A program made the translations under genes and the position numbers. Source: Felis catus (lineage: Eukaryota). Taken from it: a stretch of DNA of 64,000 bases. The DNA lies in NCBI RefSeq assembly GCF_018350175.1, contig NC_058368.1, positions 15,936,001 to 16,000,000 on the forward strand. Reading direction: 5' to 3'. The notes under the pieces were generated by a model. It searched no databases. It was not told the DNA's origin and saw only the letters and a program-made list of their open reading frames with translations. Numbering within the stretch: the stretch's first letter is position 1; every line of letters begins with the position of its first letter. Below are positions 25,300 to 39,917 of the stretch, in pieces.

Positions 25300-25750
25300 G
25301 CTGAAAGAAAAAAAAATGAAATTTATTAGGAAAGTACAGGGGTGTTTCATAGAACTCACAGGCAGGCAGGGTCCGGATCTGGTCACTAAATAGCCAGGAG
25401 GATTCTTACTTAATTGACTCTGTGTATCTGCAACTTTCTTTTGTTTCTTTGCAGAATGGATTTTCTGCTCTGCAAGTATTATAGGTAGAAGATGGCAACC
25501 CACAGTACCCAAGTGTTACTTGTATGTAGTCTAATTATATGAAGAAAGACTAACTTCTTTCTCTCAGCCAGTCTTAACTAGTTGCTCCAGATTGGATCAG
25601 GGGCCCAAGCCTGCTCCAACCAACAGTGGTCAGTGGAATAGTTGCATTGTACAAGCATGACTCACAACAGATCACTGTGTGAACACATTAACTGGGGTGG
25701 TGAGAGGGATTTCTGTGTTTAAAATGTAGATGTTGGGCTGACAATACAAT
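25300..25750 (-). mobile_element. Old MaLR LTR fragment (MLT1J/K/L-like)
   Basis: atttattagg..aagatggcaacc..cagattggatcagggg..ccaaccaacagtggtc..gatgttggg motifs. Confidence 0.45.
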
Positions 25751-27479
25751 GGCTTACTGACACAGATATAATTCTGGACCTCCCATACCTAGCTATTAAT
25801 TACTATTTAGGTATATCATTTAGCCGTTAAAATGTTAATTGTTACCTATGTAAACATTTATATGTATGATAAATTATTAGAATTTTATATCACACAATTT
25901 AATATAAAAGAAGTATTATGTATTATCTACAACTAAGCAGTAGTATTTTTAGTAATATAAGGACACTTAGCTTGCAAAGACCAGGACATCATCCCAGTTT
26001 TTCTCACTACAGACTGTACAGGAAATTCCTCATTAAATTTCTGAAAACTGCTCTCAGAACTTTTTGTAATCCTGTTACCTCTCAGTATTCAAATAGCAGG
26101 GATATTATTCTGTAGAAAATTATATGTTTTCATTGGAATAATGAGCTAAAATAGAAATTAATTACAACCTGGGATTCTAGGCTTTTCTGTAACTAAAGCA
26201 TTGGAAATAAGCTTTTTATTTGGCCAAATGAACCTAAAATAATATCTGAGAGTCCCTAGTACCCTGTACTGTGGCTATGCTGCAAGGGTCAGTTAAATGA
26301 CTGATGTATTAGTCCACAATAGTTGCTAATGTTTGCTAGGTCTCAGTAGGACCCCTTGAATTGAAAATGAGACCTGAATTCCAATCCAACCCCAATTCAG
26401 CTTATGTATCAGATGGTTTTAGGTATTATGGACTTCAGACTCTAATACCTCCATTATACAGTCTCTTTCATCTTGTAAAAAGTGAAGAGATTGGGAGTAG
26501 GAGGAAACTTCTGGGACAACTCAAGTTTGGGGAAGGAGACCTTGTGTTTTAATCAGGTCAGGGACACACAAGGGAAGGCCACAGGCCATTAAGTCATTTA
26601 TTACAGTAAATTTGTATTTATATACAATATAAGTATGCAATAGTGTGATAAATGATGTTTGGGAAATAACTTTGCAATCTACCTAAAAAACAGGTTGGTA
26701 GATATAATTTACCTTTATAATGGAGGGACTGGTACCATATTATAGTGCCTCTTCCTTTTGTGGGAAGTCATACTTCATAATAAAGAAAAATGACAATATT
26801 ATAAAATTAAGAGTCAACACATAAGTCAGTAGATATTTATACCCAATAAAGCACAGAAGAAAATCAATCTTTAGACATATTTTTCAGTTCCTTATGTATG
26901 TTATATTTACATTTTGTTGACTGAGTTAATCTCCACTCTCCATTTCCACCCTCCCATCTCAAATGGGAAGAGAAAGGGTACAAAAGATGAACTGCTTCCA
27001 GGGAGATCTTATCTGACTCATCAGCAAAATTACAGATGTTTTCGTGTGGAAAAGCCCTTTTACTATGGCAGAAACTTTTTGTGCTGTGATTCTGGTTCTG
27101 TCTTACTATCGAGGGTACCTCCCTTCTAGCAGAAATGCTGGGAACTGATGTTTCCTGAAAGGTCTGGAGACAATCACATTGCTCCTGCCATCCATTTTTT
27201 GCCCTGTCCGGAGAAAAACACATCAAGTTTCTGAAGGACTGAGTGAAGGTGAGAAACAGGCAGTGGAAATCTGGCTTTGCAGCCATGTACTGTATTGTGC
27301 ATGCTGTGGGTGAAATTGACCTTTGGTCATTTACAAGGACAAGTGAATTTAGAGAAGAAGGTATATTTCACATCTTACATTTGAAAGTTACCTTAATGTA
27401 AAAGCAGATGGTTGCATACTTTCCTTGAATTTTAAGAATACAATCAACAAATCAGAACAATCAGGGCTGGAATTATATA

Positions 27480-27900
27480 ACATTCATTCACTCATTTACT
27501 TATTCAACAAGTGTTCAGTGTTTTCTATGTGTTAAGCTGTGCTATATCCTGGGGCTATGATAACAACATAGAATTAAGGACCCTGACTTAGACAGGCTAG
27601 GAAACACCATGCAGATGATGGCCATGAGATACCTAGTAAAGAGGTGGAAGACAGAGAGAGCAAAGAACTCCAGGCACAGGACCTGATGAAGAGTCCAAGA
27701 TGGGAAGGGTCACTGGGGATGAAAGAACTAAAGAACAGAAATAATTAGAGTAGCGAAAGCAAAAGGGGGGACATAATAGAAGTGAGGCAAGAGAGATGGG
27801 CAGATCATGCAGCACACTGTTGCTCATTTAAGGATTTTGGTTTCTTAGTTGAAGGACAATGTGAAGCCATAGAAGGACTTTAGTGTATTGTCTGTTTGTA
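27480..27900 (-). mobile_element. L2 3' fragment
   Basis: cattcattcactcatttacttattcaacaa tail and aaggattttggttt..gaagccatagaagga motifs. Confidence 0.65.
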
Positions 27901-28039
27901 GAATAATTGTTTAAAAATATGAAATCATGATTTTCATACAGATATGAAATAAACAACACAGGTCAGAGTATTATTTAATTCATTAATTAATGATGTTCCA
28001 AATGGTTTAAAGGAAAATCCAAAAACAGGTATGTATGTA

Positions 28040-28139
<100 letters not shown>

Positions 28140-28649
28140 CCAGGCTACCAGGAATGCTGAAATGCCATTATATGTATTGAGGAGTCAATATCACTCATCC
28201 AACTTACAAAGTTTGGACCTCATCAGGGCTCTATCCTGAGCCACCTCTGTATCTACAATTTTGCCATGGTTGACCTTATTTACTAACATAACCCTTATGT
28301 GCTACTATCTGCTGAACACTATCAAATTCATAAAACCTATTTGTTACTTCCACTGACTTTTCTTCTGGGTGGCTCAAAATTGAGGTGTAAGAAACAGAAC
28401 TTGTGAACAACCTTTCCCCTTCCACATCCCAGTGGATCTTCTCCCAGATCTCCTTATTCTGGTTTACAATACTTCTATATACTTGGTAGATCATGCTAGG
28501 AAAAGGAAGCCATCTCCAATGCCCCTCTCTCCCACTCCTTCATATCAAGTCCTCCACATATGTACACTTCTTTCCATACCCAGTCCCATTGTTTTGGTTC
28601 ACAAGTCTTTTCAGTGGAGTGATTTCTTTTTTTTCTTGTATAAACATCT

Positions 28650-31520
28650 TCATTGAGATATAATTCACATACCATTAAGTTCACCCATTTAAAGTGTACA
28701 ATTAAGTGGTTTTTTATTGCATTCTCATCTTTGTGCAACCGTTATCAAAATCTAAGTTTAGAATATTTTCATCTCCCTAAAAATAAATTCCTAATGTAGC
28801 AGCAGTCACTCTGCATATCCATTGCTACCCCCTCCTAGCCTCAGGCAACCGCTAATCTACTTTCTGTTTTGTACATTTGCTTATTCTGGTCATTTCATAT
28901 AAATGGAACGCTACAATATGTGATCCTTTGTTACCAACTTCTTCCATTTAGGATAAAATTCCAAGGTTCATCCAAATTGTACCATGTATCAGTGCTTCAT
29001 TGCTTTGTATAGCTGAATAATATTCCATCGAGTGGATATAACACATTTTGCTTATTCATTCATCACTTAATGGACATCTGGGTTATTTCCACATTTTGAC
29101 TACTTTGAATAATGCTGCTGTAAACATTTGCATACACATTTTTATGTGAACATTTGTTTTCACTTCTTTTGGATATATATCTTGGAGTGAAATTTTGGGT
29201 CATATGGTAACTCTATGTTTAACTTTTTGAGGAACTGCTAAATTCTGTTACAAAATTGCTATACCAGATTTACATTGCTAATAGCAGTGAGTGAAGGTTC
29301 CAATTTCTCTGTCTTTACCAATGCTTACTATTGTTCAATTTTTTTTATCATAACCATTTTAGACAAGTGCAGATGAATTTTAAAGATAAAAACTCACTAT
29401 CGTTTTGATTTGCATTTTCCTAATGCTCAATGATGTGGACATTTTTTTTCACGTGCTTCTTGGCCATTTCTTCTTTGGAGAATGTCTATTCAAACCCTTT
29501 GCCCACTTTTTAATTGGATTAGTTTTTTTATTATTGAGTTGCAAGGGTTATTTATATACAATGGCTATAAGGTTCTTGTCAGAAATATGACTTGCAAATA
29601 TTTTCTCCCATTCTGTGGACTGTCTTTTCACTTTCTTGATGGTTATCATTGTAGTACAGAAGTTTTTGAAATTTTGACATGCTTCAATTTATCTAATTTC
29701 CTTTTGTCACTTGCGCTTTTGATGTTATAGCTAAGAAACAATTGCCTAATTCAAGTTCGTGAATATTTACCAATGTTTTATTATAAAAGTTTTGTATGTT
29801 TAGTTTTTATATTTAGATCAGCAATCCATTTTGAGCTAATTTTAGCCTTAATTTAAAACAGGGGTCCATTGTCATTCTTTTGCATATGAATATTCATTTG
29901 TCTCAGGACTATTTGTTGAAAAGGTTATTATTTCCTTGTTGAAATAGTCTTGGCACCCTTGACAAAAATCAGTTAGTCACAAATGTATGGATTTATTCCA
30001 GAACTCTCAATTCTATTCATTACTCTATAGGCCTATCCTTATGCGTATCACACTGTCTTGATTATTGTAGTTTTACAGTAAGATTTGCTATTGATTGCCC
30101 CGAATTTGTTCTACTTGTTCAATATTATTTTGCATCTCTTGCATTTCCATTTAAGTTTTAGGACAATGTTGTCAATTTCTGCAGCAAACATAGCTAGGAT
30201 TTTGATAGGGATTGTTTTAATCTATAGATCTACTTGTAGAATATTGGTGCCTTAATTAAGTTTTCTGAACACATGAATTTTTTTTTCATGTATTTGAACC
30301 TTTAATTTCTTTCATTAATATTTTATATTTTTCAGTGTATAAGTCTTTTATTTTCTAAGTCTTGCAATTTATTCATAAGTATTTTATTCTTTTTGATGTT
30401 ATTATAAGTGGAATTGTTTTCTTAATTTTAGTTTTGGATTGTTCATTTTCAGTGTACAGAAATGCAGTTGATTTTTGTACATTGATTGTGTATGTTGCAA
30501 ACTTGCTGAACACATTTCTTAGTTCTAATAGTTTTTTGTTTTTGTTTTCGTTTTTTTAATGCATATAAGTATCTTATATGTACAAAATTATGGCAACTGT
30601 AATTAGAGACAGTTTAACTTTTTCCTTTCCAATCTGGATGTATTGCATTTATTTTTGCTGCCTACATGTTCTGGCTAAAACTTCCAGTACAGTGTTGGAT
30701 AAAAGTGATGAAAGGAGCCATCCTTGTCTTATTCCTGATTTCAGGGGGGAAGAATTCAATCTTTCACCTTTAACTATGATATTAGGTGTTGTTTTTTGTA
30801 GATATCCTTTATTGTATTAAGGAGTTTCCATTCTAGTCCTTGTTGTCTTGAGTGTTCTTTTTTATTAAAAGGTGTTGAATTTTGTCATTTTTTTCTGTGT
30901 CTATTGAGGTGACTATGTCCTTTATTTTACTAATATGGTATGCTATGTTAATAGATGTTTGGATGTTAAACCAACCTTGAATTCCTGAGGTAAATCCCAC
31001 TGTGTCATGATGTCTAATTGTGTTTTATACATTGTTGCATTCAATTTGCTAATATTTTATTGAGTTTTGTATCTAGATTAATAAGAAATATTTGTCTGTA
31101 TTTTTTCTTTTCTTGTGATGTGTTTGTCTGATTGTGGTATCAGGGTAATACTAGTCTTATAGTGGCCTTTTTTTTCTTTGTTCTCTTCTATTTTTTAGAA
31201 GAGTTTGTGAAAAATTGGTATTAATTCTTCTGTAAATATTTGGTAGAATTTACTAGTGAAGCCATCTGGAAGTTTTGTGAATTACTAATTCCTCATTTTA
31301 CTTGTTATAGATTTATCCAGATTTGCTATATTTTGGGGGAGGGGTCAGGTTTGGTAGTTTGTGCCTTTCTAGGATTTTTCTCTTTCATGTAAGTTATCTA
31401 ATTTTTTTAGTATTTCATTCTTAATGTTCTTATATAATTTTTTAAAATTTCCATTAGGTTTGGAGTGATTCCTTCTCTTTCATTCCTGATTTCAGGGTTT
31501 TGAATCTTCCCTGATTAGTC
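28650..31520 (-). mobile_element. L1MB-like LINE, ~2.9 kb, 5'-truncated (3'UTR plus decayed ORF2)
   Basis: attgagatataattcacataccattaagttcacccatttaaagtgtacaatt 3' end, with continuous antisense ORF2-type sequence (e.g. catccttgtcttattcctgatttcagggg). Confidence 0.92.
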
Positions 31521-31572
31521 CAACTTGCAGTAATATTTTTACTCGTCTCCTAGCCTTTGCTTTTACTGCCTT

Positions 31573-31807
31573 TTTTAAAAAGAGAATCTTTTTTTTATTA
31601 TTTTTTTAATGTTTATTTTTGAGAGAGACAGAGACAGAATGTGAGTGGGTTAGGGGCAGAAAGAGAGGGAGACACAAAATCGGAAGCAGGCTCCAGGCTC
31701 TGAGCTGTGAGTACAGAGTCCGACACGTGGCTCGAACCCACAAACCGCAAAATCATGACCAGAGCCGAAGTCAGATGCTCAACCCAGTGAGCCACCCAGG
31801 CGCCCCC
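31573..31807 (-). mobile_element. Feline Can-SINE inserted in L2
   Basis: SINE body with TSD cttttactgcctt (31560-31572 / 31810-31822). Confidence 0.96.
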
Positions 31808-31822
31808 TACTTTTACTGCCTT

Positions 31823-32340
31823 CTAATCCATTCTCCATGCAACATTCAGAATGATCTTTTAAAAATGTAATGAGATCATGTTATTTTCTGCTTACAAACA
31901 TTATAGTTTTATATTTAATTACAATAAAATAAAAATCTCTTATCTAGGCTTGTAAGATCATAGGTAATATGACTCTGAACTTGCTTTTGAACTTTATTTT
32001 GTTCCATTTCCATACATTCAATGTGCTTCTGCCATACTGGCTGCTTTTCCTGATCTTAAATATGCTGGGTCCTTTCTTCTTGGCCCCCTGCATTTATTTA
32101 CTTCTGTCTGAAATGCTTTCTTTCTTAAACTGAAAAAGTTATATTCATAATTTTGGTGTTGGTTTAGCTATCACTTCACATAGATGCTACCAGATCAAAG
32201 TAAATCTTTCTTGTTACTCTATCACCACACTGGACATTAGGCTTTATGAGAGTATGGATCATGCTGCTATGTAATCAAAGCATACCATTACACCTGGCAA
32301 ACGGAAGGTATTGAAAAATATCTTTGAATAAATGAATAAA
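31823..32340 (+). mobile_element. L2 3' fragment
   Basis: aatccattctccatgcaaca..gaatgatctttt..gatcatgtta, ending cctggcaa..aaatatctttgaataaatgaat. Confidence 0.7.
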
Positions 32341-32422
32341 GAGCTTATTATTTAAATCCAGTGTGTAGTTCTGTTGATGTTTTTAATATGAGATATGCAG
32401 TTATATAGCTATTCCATGCCAC

Positions 32423-32680
32423 TTTTTAAAGTTTAAAAAAATTTTTAATTAAAAAATTAAAAAAATTTTAATGTTTATATTGGAGAGAGAGAGGGAGGGA
32501 GAGAGCATAAGCAGGGGAGGGCAGAAGGCAGAGAGAGAGAAGGAGACACAGAATCTGAAGCAGGTTCCAGGCTCTGAGCTGTCAGTGCAGAGTCCAACGC
32601 GGGGGCTTGAACTCACAAACCATGAGATCATAACCTGAGCCAAAGTTGGACACTTAACTGACTGAGCCAGCAGGCATCCC
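32423..32680 (-). mobile_element. Feline Can-SINE
   Basis: SINE body with TSD ccatgccac (32414-32422 / 32681-32689). Confidence 0.95.
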
Positions 32681-34572
32681 CCATGCCACCCTTTTAACCA
32701 TTAGGAGGGATCGTTATATATGTAGGAGCAAAAGGCTGCCAGCCAGGAGGCTGTCCAACTTTTAATCTTGTCTCATCTCTGCCATGCAGTAGGCGTATAG
32801 CCCCAGTCAGGTCACTCCTCCTTAGCTTTCCCTTCGATCGATTAGAAGATAGATGAAGAATCTTCTTTGACAACCTAAGTAACTAATTCCAATATTTCTG
32901 GATTCTCAATTTTGTGATGGCATATTTCATAGAGAACTAGAAAGAAAAATTCCTTTTTTTAACGTTTGTTCTACTCAAATTTTTTAATATAATCACCTTT
33001 GTTAGAAAAATGGGAAATTTTCTTTTGAGAGTTTTCAGTATATTTTCTGTTAGGGAAATTTCAATGTGTGGAAAGAAAAACTCCCTAAAGGTTTTTAATA
33101 AGACATTTACTTGATCTTACAATTCCTTATTTCTTGGGCTTTAAAGAAACTGAATGTGAACCATATTGTGAAGCAAAAAGCTGAGTTTTAGAGAACAAAA
33201 TGATTGTTTAAGCCCTTCCACTACTGATCTCTGTTTCCTTTCTAGTGTAGGTAGTAAAGTATATACCAATATAAATATAGGATGTAGAAAGTGTAGGCAC
33301 TTTCAAATTTTGTATTTACATACTTTTCTACTTTTGCTATTAGAAACATTCCTTCTCATTTTCTACTGGCCAAATGACCATAGTGCTACCTCAGAAAACA
33401 CATACACACACACACAGTGCTCTTGCTTGATGCTTAAACGAAAAAATTGAGTGGACACATAATGTAGTCTGATGTACCAGTTTCTTATACTTAACTTTGC
33501 ATTTACAAATAATGGCTTTCTGGTAAAGTCCATCCCTTCAGTGCTTCGGTGCTTTGGGCTGCCTGCATATTATCACTCTCACAGATGAGATTCAAGTCTA
33601 ATGGAAGTGCCTGACAGGGATAGGCACGTGGAAGCTGTTTTTACATTGAAAATAATTACTGTTAACCAGTTTCCTTTTCACAAAGAAAATATACTTCCAA
33701 GAGTAGACCTTGAGAATTCTAGAACAGATTTGAATAAATATTTTTAATGAAGCCCAAATATGTTTTATACAAACATGAGAGGAATATTGGAAATGTTCCA
33801 GTCTTTCTTATCTGACTGGAAGAGATCAAATAAGTGATTTATTTTGTTTTGGTTTAGTTTCTGTTCCTAAACATTGAATCCATTAGATTCTCCCTTGTTT
33901 TCAAATTGTCTGTAGAAACACTGAGAGCAGAGAATCTTTCCTTTTTTGTTATTTATTCCTATGTACTTGTAATTCCATGGCAGAATTTATTAACCTGTAT
34001 TTCCTTCTTTTCCTCAAGGAAAAAATGTAGCTCTCTAAATTTCATTGAAGATATTTCAAGTCTCCTTATGTTACATTTTAAAAGTTTTTTTATACAATCA
34101 ACATTTTATTGTATATAATCTTGAATCTTTATAATACACTGCACAATAAGCATTCATAGTCTTATTTTGCTCTGAAAATTGAAAGATTTGTGAGATTAAG
34201 GGATTTTTCCCAAGGCCAAAGCTATAAAAATTAAGATTTAAACCTAGTTTTAACCAAAGCCTCTTTTCTTTTTAGAAGTTCTATTCTCTTTATTGGACTT
34301 TGTGAATCAGAAAGGCAATAATTTAATTAAGTGATAAATTTGAAAAAGGAATCTGTTAATATGTTTTATTTGTGAAAAGAATGGTGAACTCTGCTGTGTT
34401 CGGTGTTCCCTGTACTTTAAGATAGTTACTTCCGTTGTAAGTTACGGATGATCTGTAGTTAATCTTGGTGGAATATGAAGACCTTATCTCTTCTTTTCTT
34501 TGGGAGACTTATCGTAACCATAGAGAGATGATTCTATTTATCTTTGCTGTAATTAAGAGAAAAATAATTCTT

Positions 34573-34784
34573 AAATATTTAAAAAATGTTTATTTATTTT
34601 TGAGAGAGAGAGAGACAGAGTGCAAGTGGGGGAAGGGCAGAGAGCCAGGGAGACACAGAATCTCCAGCCTCTGATCTGTCAGCACAGAGCCCGATGTGGG
34701 GCTCAAACTCCTGAACCAATCATGAACGGATCATGACCTGAGCCGGAGTCCGTTGCTTAACCGACTGAGCCACCCAGGTGGCCC
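34573..34784 (-). mobile_element. Feline Can-SINE
   Basis: SINE body with TSD agaaaaataattctt (34558-34572 / 34786-34800). Confidence 0.95.
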
Positions 34785-35079
34785 AAGAAAAATAATTCTT
34801 GATCAAAATCTCTAAGGAAGCAGGGCTTAAATTAGTTTGTAGACATAAGTTTTGGTACTAATGCCAATAAAGGTCAATGAGGAGGACATTTGTCCATGCA
34901 CCTTCTGAACTATTTTCTACTTGGGAGAGGCTCCTGTTTTGAATAGGATGAAGATGATCTCTCCTAGAAAAGCTGAAAATGCTAGATACTCTCTTTTGTA
35001 GCTCCACCATCACACACACCCGTGAAAGACTTTGAGGAGACAGCAAAGAGAGAAGTGATAGCGAAGTCTTAGTCTTTCT

Positions 35080-36480
35080 TGGAACTGACAACAGTGAAAA
35101 CATTTGGAAACAACCAAATTTCCACTGAAATAGAAATGCTGAAACCAACTGTGCTATTTTCATATTATGGAATTCTAAGGAATTAAGCGGAGTGAGTTAA
35201 TGATATTTACAGTAACATGTTCAGATCTCTAAACCCATTTGTTGAATGAATGACTCAAGTTGCTGAATAATGTGTAGAGGTGGATGCCATTTATTAAAAA
35301 CAAAAGAAAACAAAACAAGAAGTGCTTATAAGGTCAAATTTTTAATATAGGCTGTAGTTTAATCCTGTTGGCATTAGCAACTGGACTAAAATTGTGTTCC
35401 TGGCAGAGAATTTAGAGCAGTGAGATTGTAGTATGTAGTGCTTGATGGTGAAGATTTTGCTCATCACTAAAGGCCTGTGGCATATTATTTATTTATTTTG
35501 CTGGAGAGAAGATATTTGTAGCACAAAGAACAAAGGATTATTCTTTAGACTAACTCTAGACTAATTATCTAGAAGAATTTCTACATATTAATAATGATAA
35601 GACCAACAACCTCAAAGAAAAATTGTCAAAGGTCGTATATAGACAGTTTACAAAAGAGGAACCCCAAATTGCAATTAAGCCTATTAAAATAATAACAATA
35701 ATGTAATTATCTTTCACATCCTCCGGAATGGTAAATATTTTATAATGTCTGGTAACTCTAATGGTTGGTGAGGATGTGGGAAAGGGGCTTAGTTAAGTGT
35801 TATCATTAAGAATATAAATTAGCACAACACAATTTGAGAGGCATTAATCAATAACTAGTAAAATTGAAGATGGAAACACCTTGCATTCAGCAAGTGTATT
35901 TTCCCTAGATGTATCTATGCTAAAGAACTCTCATGTATTACAGAAAAATACATGCAAAAAATATTCATTGCAGGTGCTTTAAGAATAACAAAAAATAGGA
36001 AATGATCTAATTACCCACCAATATAAGGACTAATAAATACACTCTGGTTTATTATTACAGTGGAACACTTCACACACAAAAATGAAATGAATGAACAAGA
36101 TCCACATGCAGTAAACATGTATAAATAATCAACATATTGTTTTTTTAAGTATCCACAAAAGGTTTGATACAGCATCTTTTTTATATAAATAAAAATAACC
36201 AAAACATTAGTAAAATTCATTAATAGATGCATGTGTATGGACTCAACATATAAAAACATACCAACTTCAGAAGAGTGGCTATTTGGGGGGAAGAAAAGAG
36301 GAAAATCACGGGGGAATTATTTTTTCTTTAAAATCAAAGATAGAAGAAACTGAAGGGAGGTGACAAAATGTTAATATGTGTTTAACTTGACTGTGGGTTC
36401 ATAGATGTTTGTTATATAACTTTTAAGTTTAAAATATCTCAAAATTGGAAATTAAAAAATAACCTGCTTTAAGTATTTTA
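35080..36480 (+). mobile_element. Old L1 (L1ME-like) fragments
   Basis: ttggaaacaaccaaatttcca, ttggtgaggatgtggg and atattcattgcag L1 ORF2-end/3'UTR motifs, heavily diverged. Confidence 0.6.
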
Positions 36481-36717
36481 AAAATGACACAGAGATGTTA
36501 ACCTTACTATTAATATAATTCTAAAGGCTGTCTGTTACTAGATAGTTAGGAACTTATTCTGATGGCATTGCTTTTATCTGTTTGCTACTTAAAAGATCAC
36601 TTTTATTAAATATATGTTATTTTAAAATATTGATATTTATGTTTGTTACTTATAAACAAGTATGTAGATATATATACCACACACATATATGTTACATATA
36701 TTTGTTGTGTATTTGTT

Positions 36718-36931
36718 TTAAGTTTTTATTTACATTCTAATTAGTTAACATACAGTGTAATATTAGTTTCAGGTATACGACATAGTGATTCAAAACTTCT
36801 ATACAACACCCAGTGCTCACCATAAGTACACTCCTTAATCTCCATCACCTATTTAACCCATTCCCCCACCTACCTCCCCTGTGGTAACCATCAGTTTTTT
36901 CTCTTTAGTTAAGAGTCTGTTTCTTGGTTTG

Positions 36932-36976
<45 letters not shown>

Positions 36977-37940
36977 CTCTCTTTTCCTCCTCTTTGCTCA
37001 GTTTTGAAATTTTTAAAATTCCACCTGTGAGTGAAATTATATGACATTTGTTGTTCTGTCTGACTTATTTCACTTAGCATATTACTCTCTAGCTCCATTC
37101 ATGTCATTGCAAATGGCAAGATTACATTCTTTTTGATGTCTGAATAATATTTCATTGTATATGTATACCAAATCTTCTTTATTCATTCATCAGTTGATGG
37201 ACACTTGGCCTATTGTAGATAATGCTGCTATAAACATCGGGGTGCATGTATCTCTTTGAATTAGTATTTTTGTATTCTTCGAGTAAATACCTAGTAGTGC
37301 AATTCCTGGATCATAGGGCATTTCTATTTTTAACTTTTTGAGGAAGCATCCTAGTGTTTTCTATAGTGGCTGTACCAGTTTGCATTCCCACAAACAGTGC
37401 AAAAGTGTTCCTTTTTAATCCACATTCTCACCAACATCTGTTGTTTCTTGTGTTGTTGATTTTAGCCATTCTGACACAGGTGAGGTGATATTGTAGTTTT
37501 GATTTATATTTTCCTGGTGATCAGTGATGTTGAGCATCTTTTCATGTGTCTGTTGGTCATTTGTATGTCTTCCTTGGCAAAATGTCTATTCGTGTCTTCT
37601 GCCCATTTTTTAATAGAATTATTCATTTTTTGGGTGTTAAGTTTTATAAATTCTTTATAAATTTTGAATACTAACCCTTTATTAGATATATCATTTGCTT
37701 TATCTTCTCCCATTTAATAGGTTGTGTTTTAGTTTTGTTAATTGCTTCCCTTGCGGTGCAGAGCTTTTTATTTTGATGAAATCACAATCGTTTATTTTTG
37801 CTTTTGTTTCCCTTGCCTCAGAAGACATATCTAGAAGGAAGTTGCCATGGCTAATGTCAAAGAGGTTACTTTCTGTGTTCTTCTCTAGTTTTTTTTTATG
37901 GTTTCATATTTCTCATTTAGGTCTTTAATCCATTTTGAAT
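36718..37940 (-). mobile_element. Carnivore L1, ~1.2 kb, 5'-truncated, with internal (CT)n
   Basis: tagttaacatacagtgtaatattagtttcagg...caacacccagtgctcacc 3'UTR. Minus-strand ORF 37504..37713 ([39 protein letters not shown]) is the L1 ORF2 C-terminus. Confidence 0.95.
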
Positions 37941-38599
37941 TTGCTTGATGTGGATAATGGACAGAGTTGATAATTTTGGATAAGAGATCTGGACTGAATC
38001 TGGGTATTTGATCTCTTTGATGCTTAGCTGTCTTTATTTTGACTCTTCCAAACTTTTCTCCCACCTAAATTAAGATACACATACTTCAATATATTGCTTA
38101 ACTCATTAGAGTCACATTATTCTTGTGTATAAATTTGAATACTAATTATTTAGCTGGAATTTTGTAAGCATTAAATAACATCATGTAAGTGAAAAGAAGT
38201 TAAACTCTAAAGGCTATATTAAAAAAAAGTTATTAGCATTTTAAAAAATTTCTGTTTCAGTGCTCCTGGACTGAAAACCAAGAAATTCATACACATTTCT
38301 GTATTTATTTATTGCATGCCTAGTGCACAAAGTACAAAATTCATTGCTGTCATTATATGAAATTGGAAAAAAAAGTAGAGACTAGCCAATATGTTTGTAT
38401 GTAGAAACCATGATTGTAATTCAAGAAGGAGAATTGGCTTACATGATTCTTTTTTTTTCTTCCCCAGAAAGAAACTGTGGAGTATTTGATGGGAATACAA
38501 ACCTCAGATCCTTCTTCCATAACATAAATTCCAAAAATGTAATGATTTCCTCCCAGACTGCAGGAGTGAGAAAAATTTTCTTCTTTGAAATATCTCAGA

Positions 38600-39200
38600 T
38601 GTAGAACAGTATTTCTTTTACTTTGGGTCTTTTGGTGACAAATTTTCTTATTTTATTGAAGAAAACATGTGTAGTTTGCTTTCATTTTTAAAGGATATTT
38701 CTGCTGGATAATAAATTCTAGATTAGAAGTTTTTTCTTCTTTCAGCGTTTTAAAGATGTCATCTCATTGTCTTCTGGATTTTATACCATCATTGAAAGGT
38801 TAGCTGTTAGTCTTGCTAATAGAGGTAGTGCTTATTTTTATTATTATTATTTTTTTCCCTCTCAGGTTGCTTTCAAGTTGTTTTTCTGTCTTGGGATTAC
38901 AGCAGTTTGATTATCATGAGCATTGATGTTTTTTGTTTGTTTGTTTTTTATTTATCTTTCTGATGGCTATCTTTTGTTAGTTTCAGAAAAATCTTGGCTA
39001 TTGTATTATATTATATTAACTATACTATACTGATATTCTGCCTCAAGTTCTTTCATTTCTCTTCTTTTGGAGTTCAATTTATGTGTACACTAGAGCTTTT
39101 GACTGTGTCTTACATGTTTCTTATGCCTCGTGTTTCTTTCTTTTTTTTTTTTCCTTCTTTGGATTTTGTATTATAACAAACATAGACAATAGGGGATTTT
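38600..39200 (-). mobile_element. Old L1 (L1M) fragment
   Basis: ttcatttttaaaggatatttctgctggata...ttttaaagatgtcatctcattgtcttctgg antisense old-L1 motif. Confidence 0.6.
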
Positions 39201-39917
39201 ACTTTGTTTCCAGTTTAGAACACCAGACTCTTATTCTACTCCAGAACTAAAAAAAAATATTTCTTGGGAGAAAACAGATCAGGATTTCAGAATTATTCTA
39301 GTTTCTAATGGATCATTATAGTCCATATGAATTTGAAGGGCTTCAGTGATTTTTTTCCTCCTCAATACAATACCTCTATTTGATTCAAATTGGATCTTCA
39401 GCACATTCTTAAAAATCAGCATTTCTTCCCAGGAACAAAAGTATCTGAAGACCATCAGCTCACTTAGGAAGCACTAGACTTTTAGTCTTTTTAGTCCTCT
39501 TTGTTTTCATTGTTCTATGATGCATTAAGAATATAATCCATCCATTTTTTTTTCCCTAGCTGCTGCTGTGGGAATGTTGGCCTGCTGCCACCTACAATAT
39601 TCTACTCCAAAGTGGAATTCCTATGGCATAATTTTGGATTATATTCCTAGAAGCCCATACTCAAGTCAGGTTCTAGAGCCTCCTCAATGTTCTTTCAAGC
39701 CACAAAAAATCTTTTTATAGCTCTTCTTATCCACCTCCATCCCCCCACTCATTCGGGAAGAATCTATTGCTCATGACAAAGAAACTTGACTATTACAATA
39801 GAGGTTGAGGAGGGGAAAAGAAATTGCTGAGCAAATCATTGGTCATAAGATGACTGAGGTTAGGATAAGGTCATAGTGTGTGTGGGCATTTCAGGACTAG
39901 AGGCAAAGTCAAGTTCT

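Noticed and set aside
26864..27286. 140-aa minus-strand ORF as a protein-coding gene
   Set aside because: No recognisable domain or exon context. The length is not exceptional for six frames of 64 kb.
33625..33630. Isolated CACGTG E-boxes (also 43058-43063)
   Set aside because: Single hexamers without supporting context are expected by chance.
34380..34520. CpG-containing stretch with a short hairpin (ccgt..acgg) as a possible snoRNA or miRNA
   Set aside because: No proper C/D or H/ACA boxes, and the stem is too short.
38448..38560. Strong-looking splice acceptor (ttttttttcttccccag) with downstream open frame
   Set aside because: No convincing donor and no recognisable peptide. T-rich acceptor-like tracts are common in this window.
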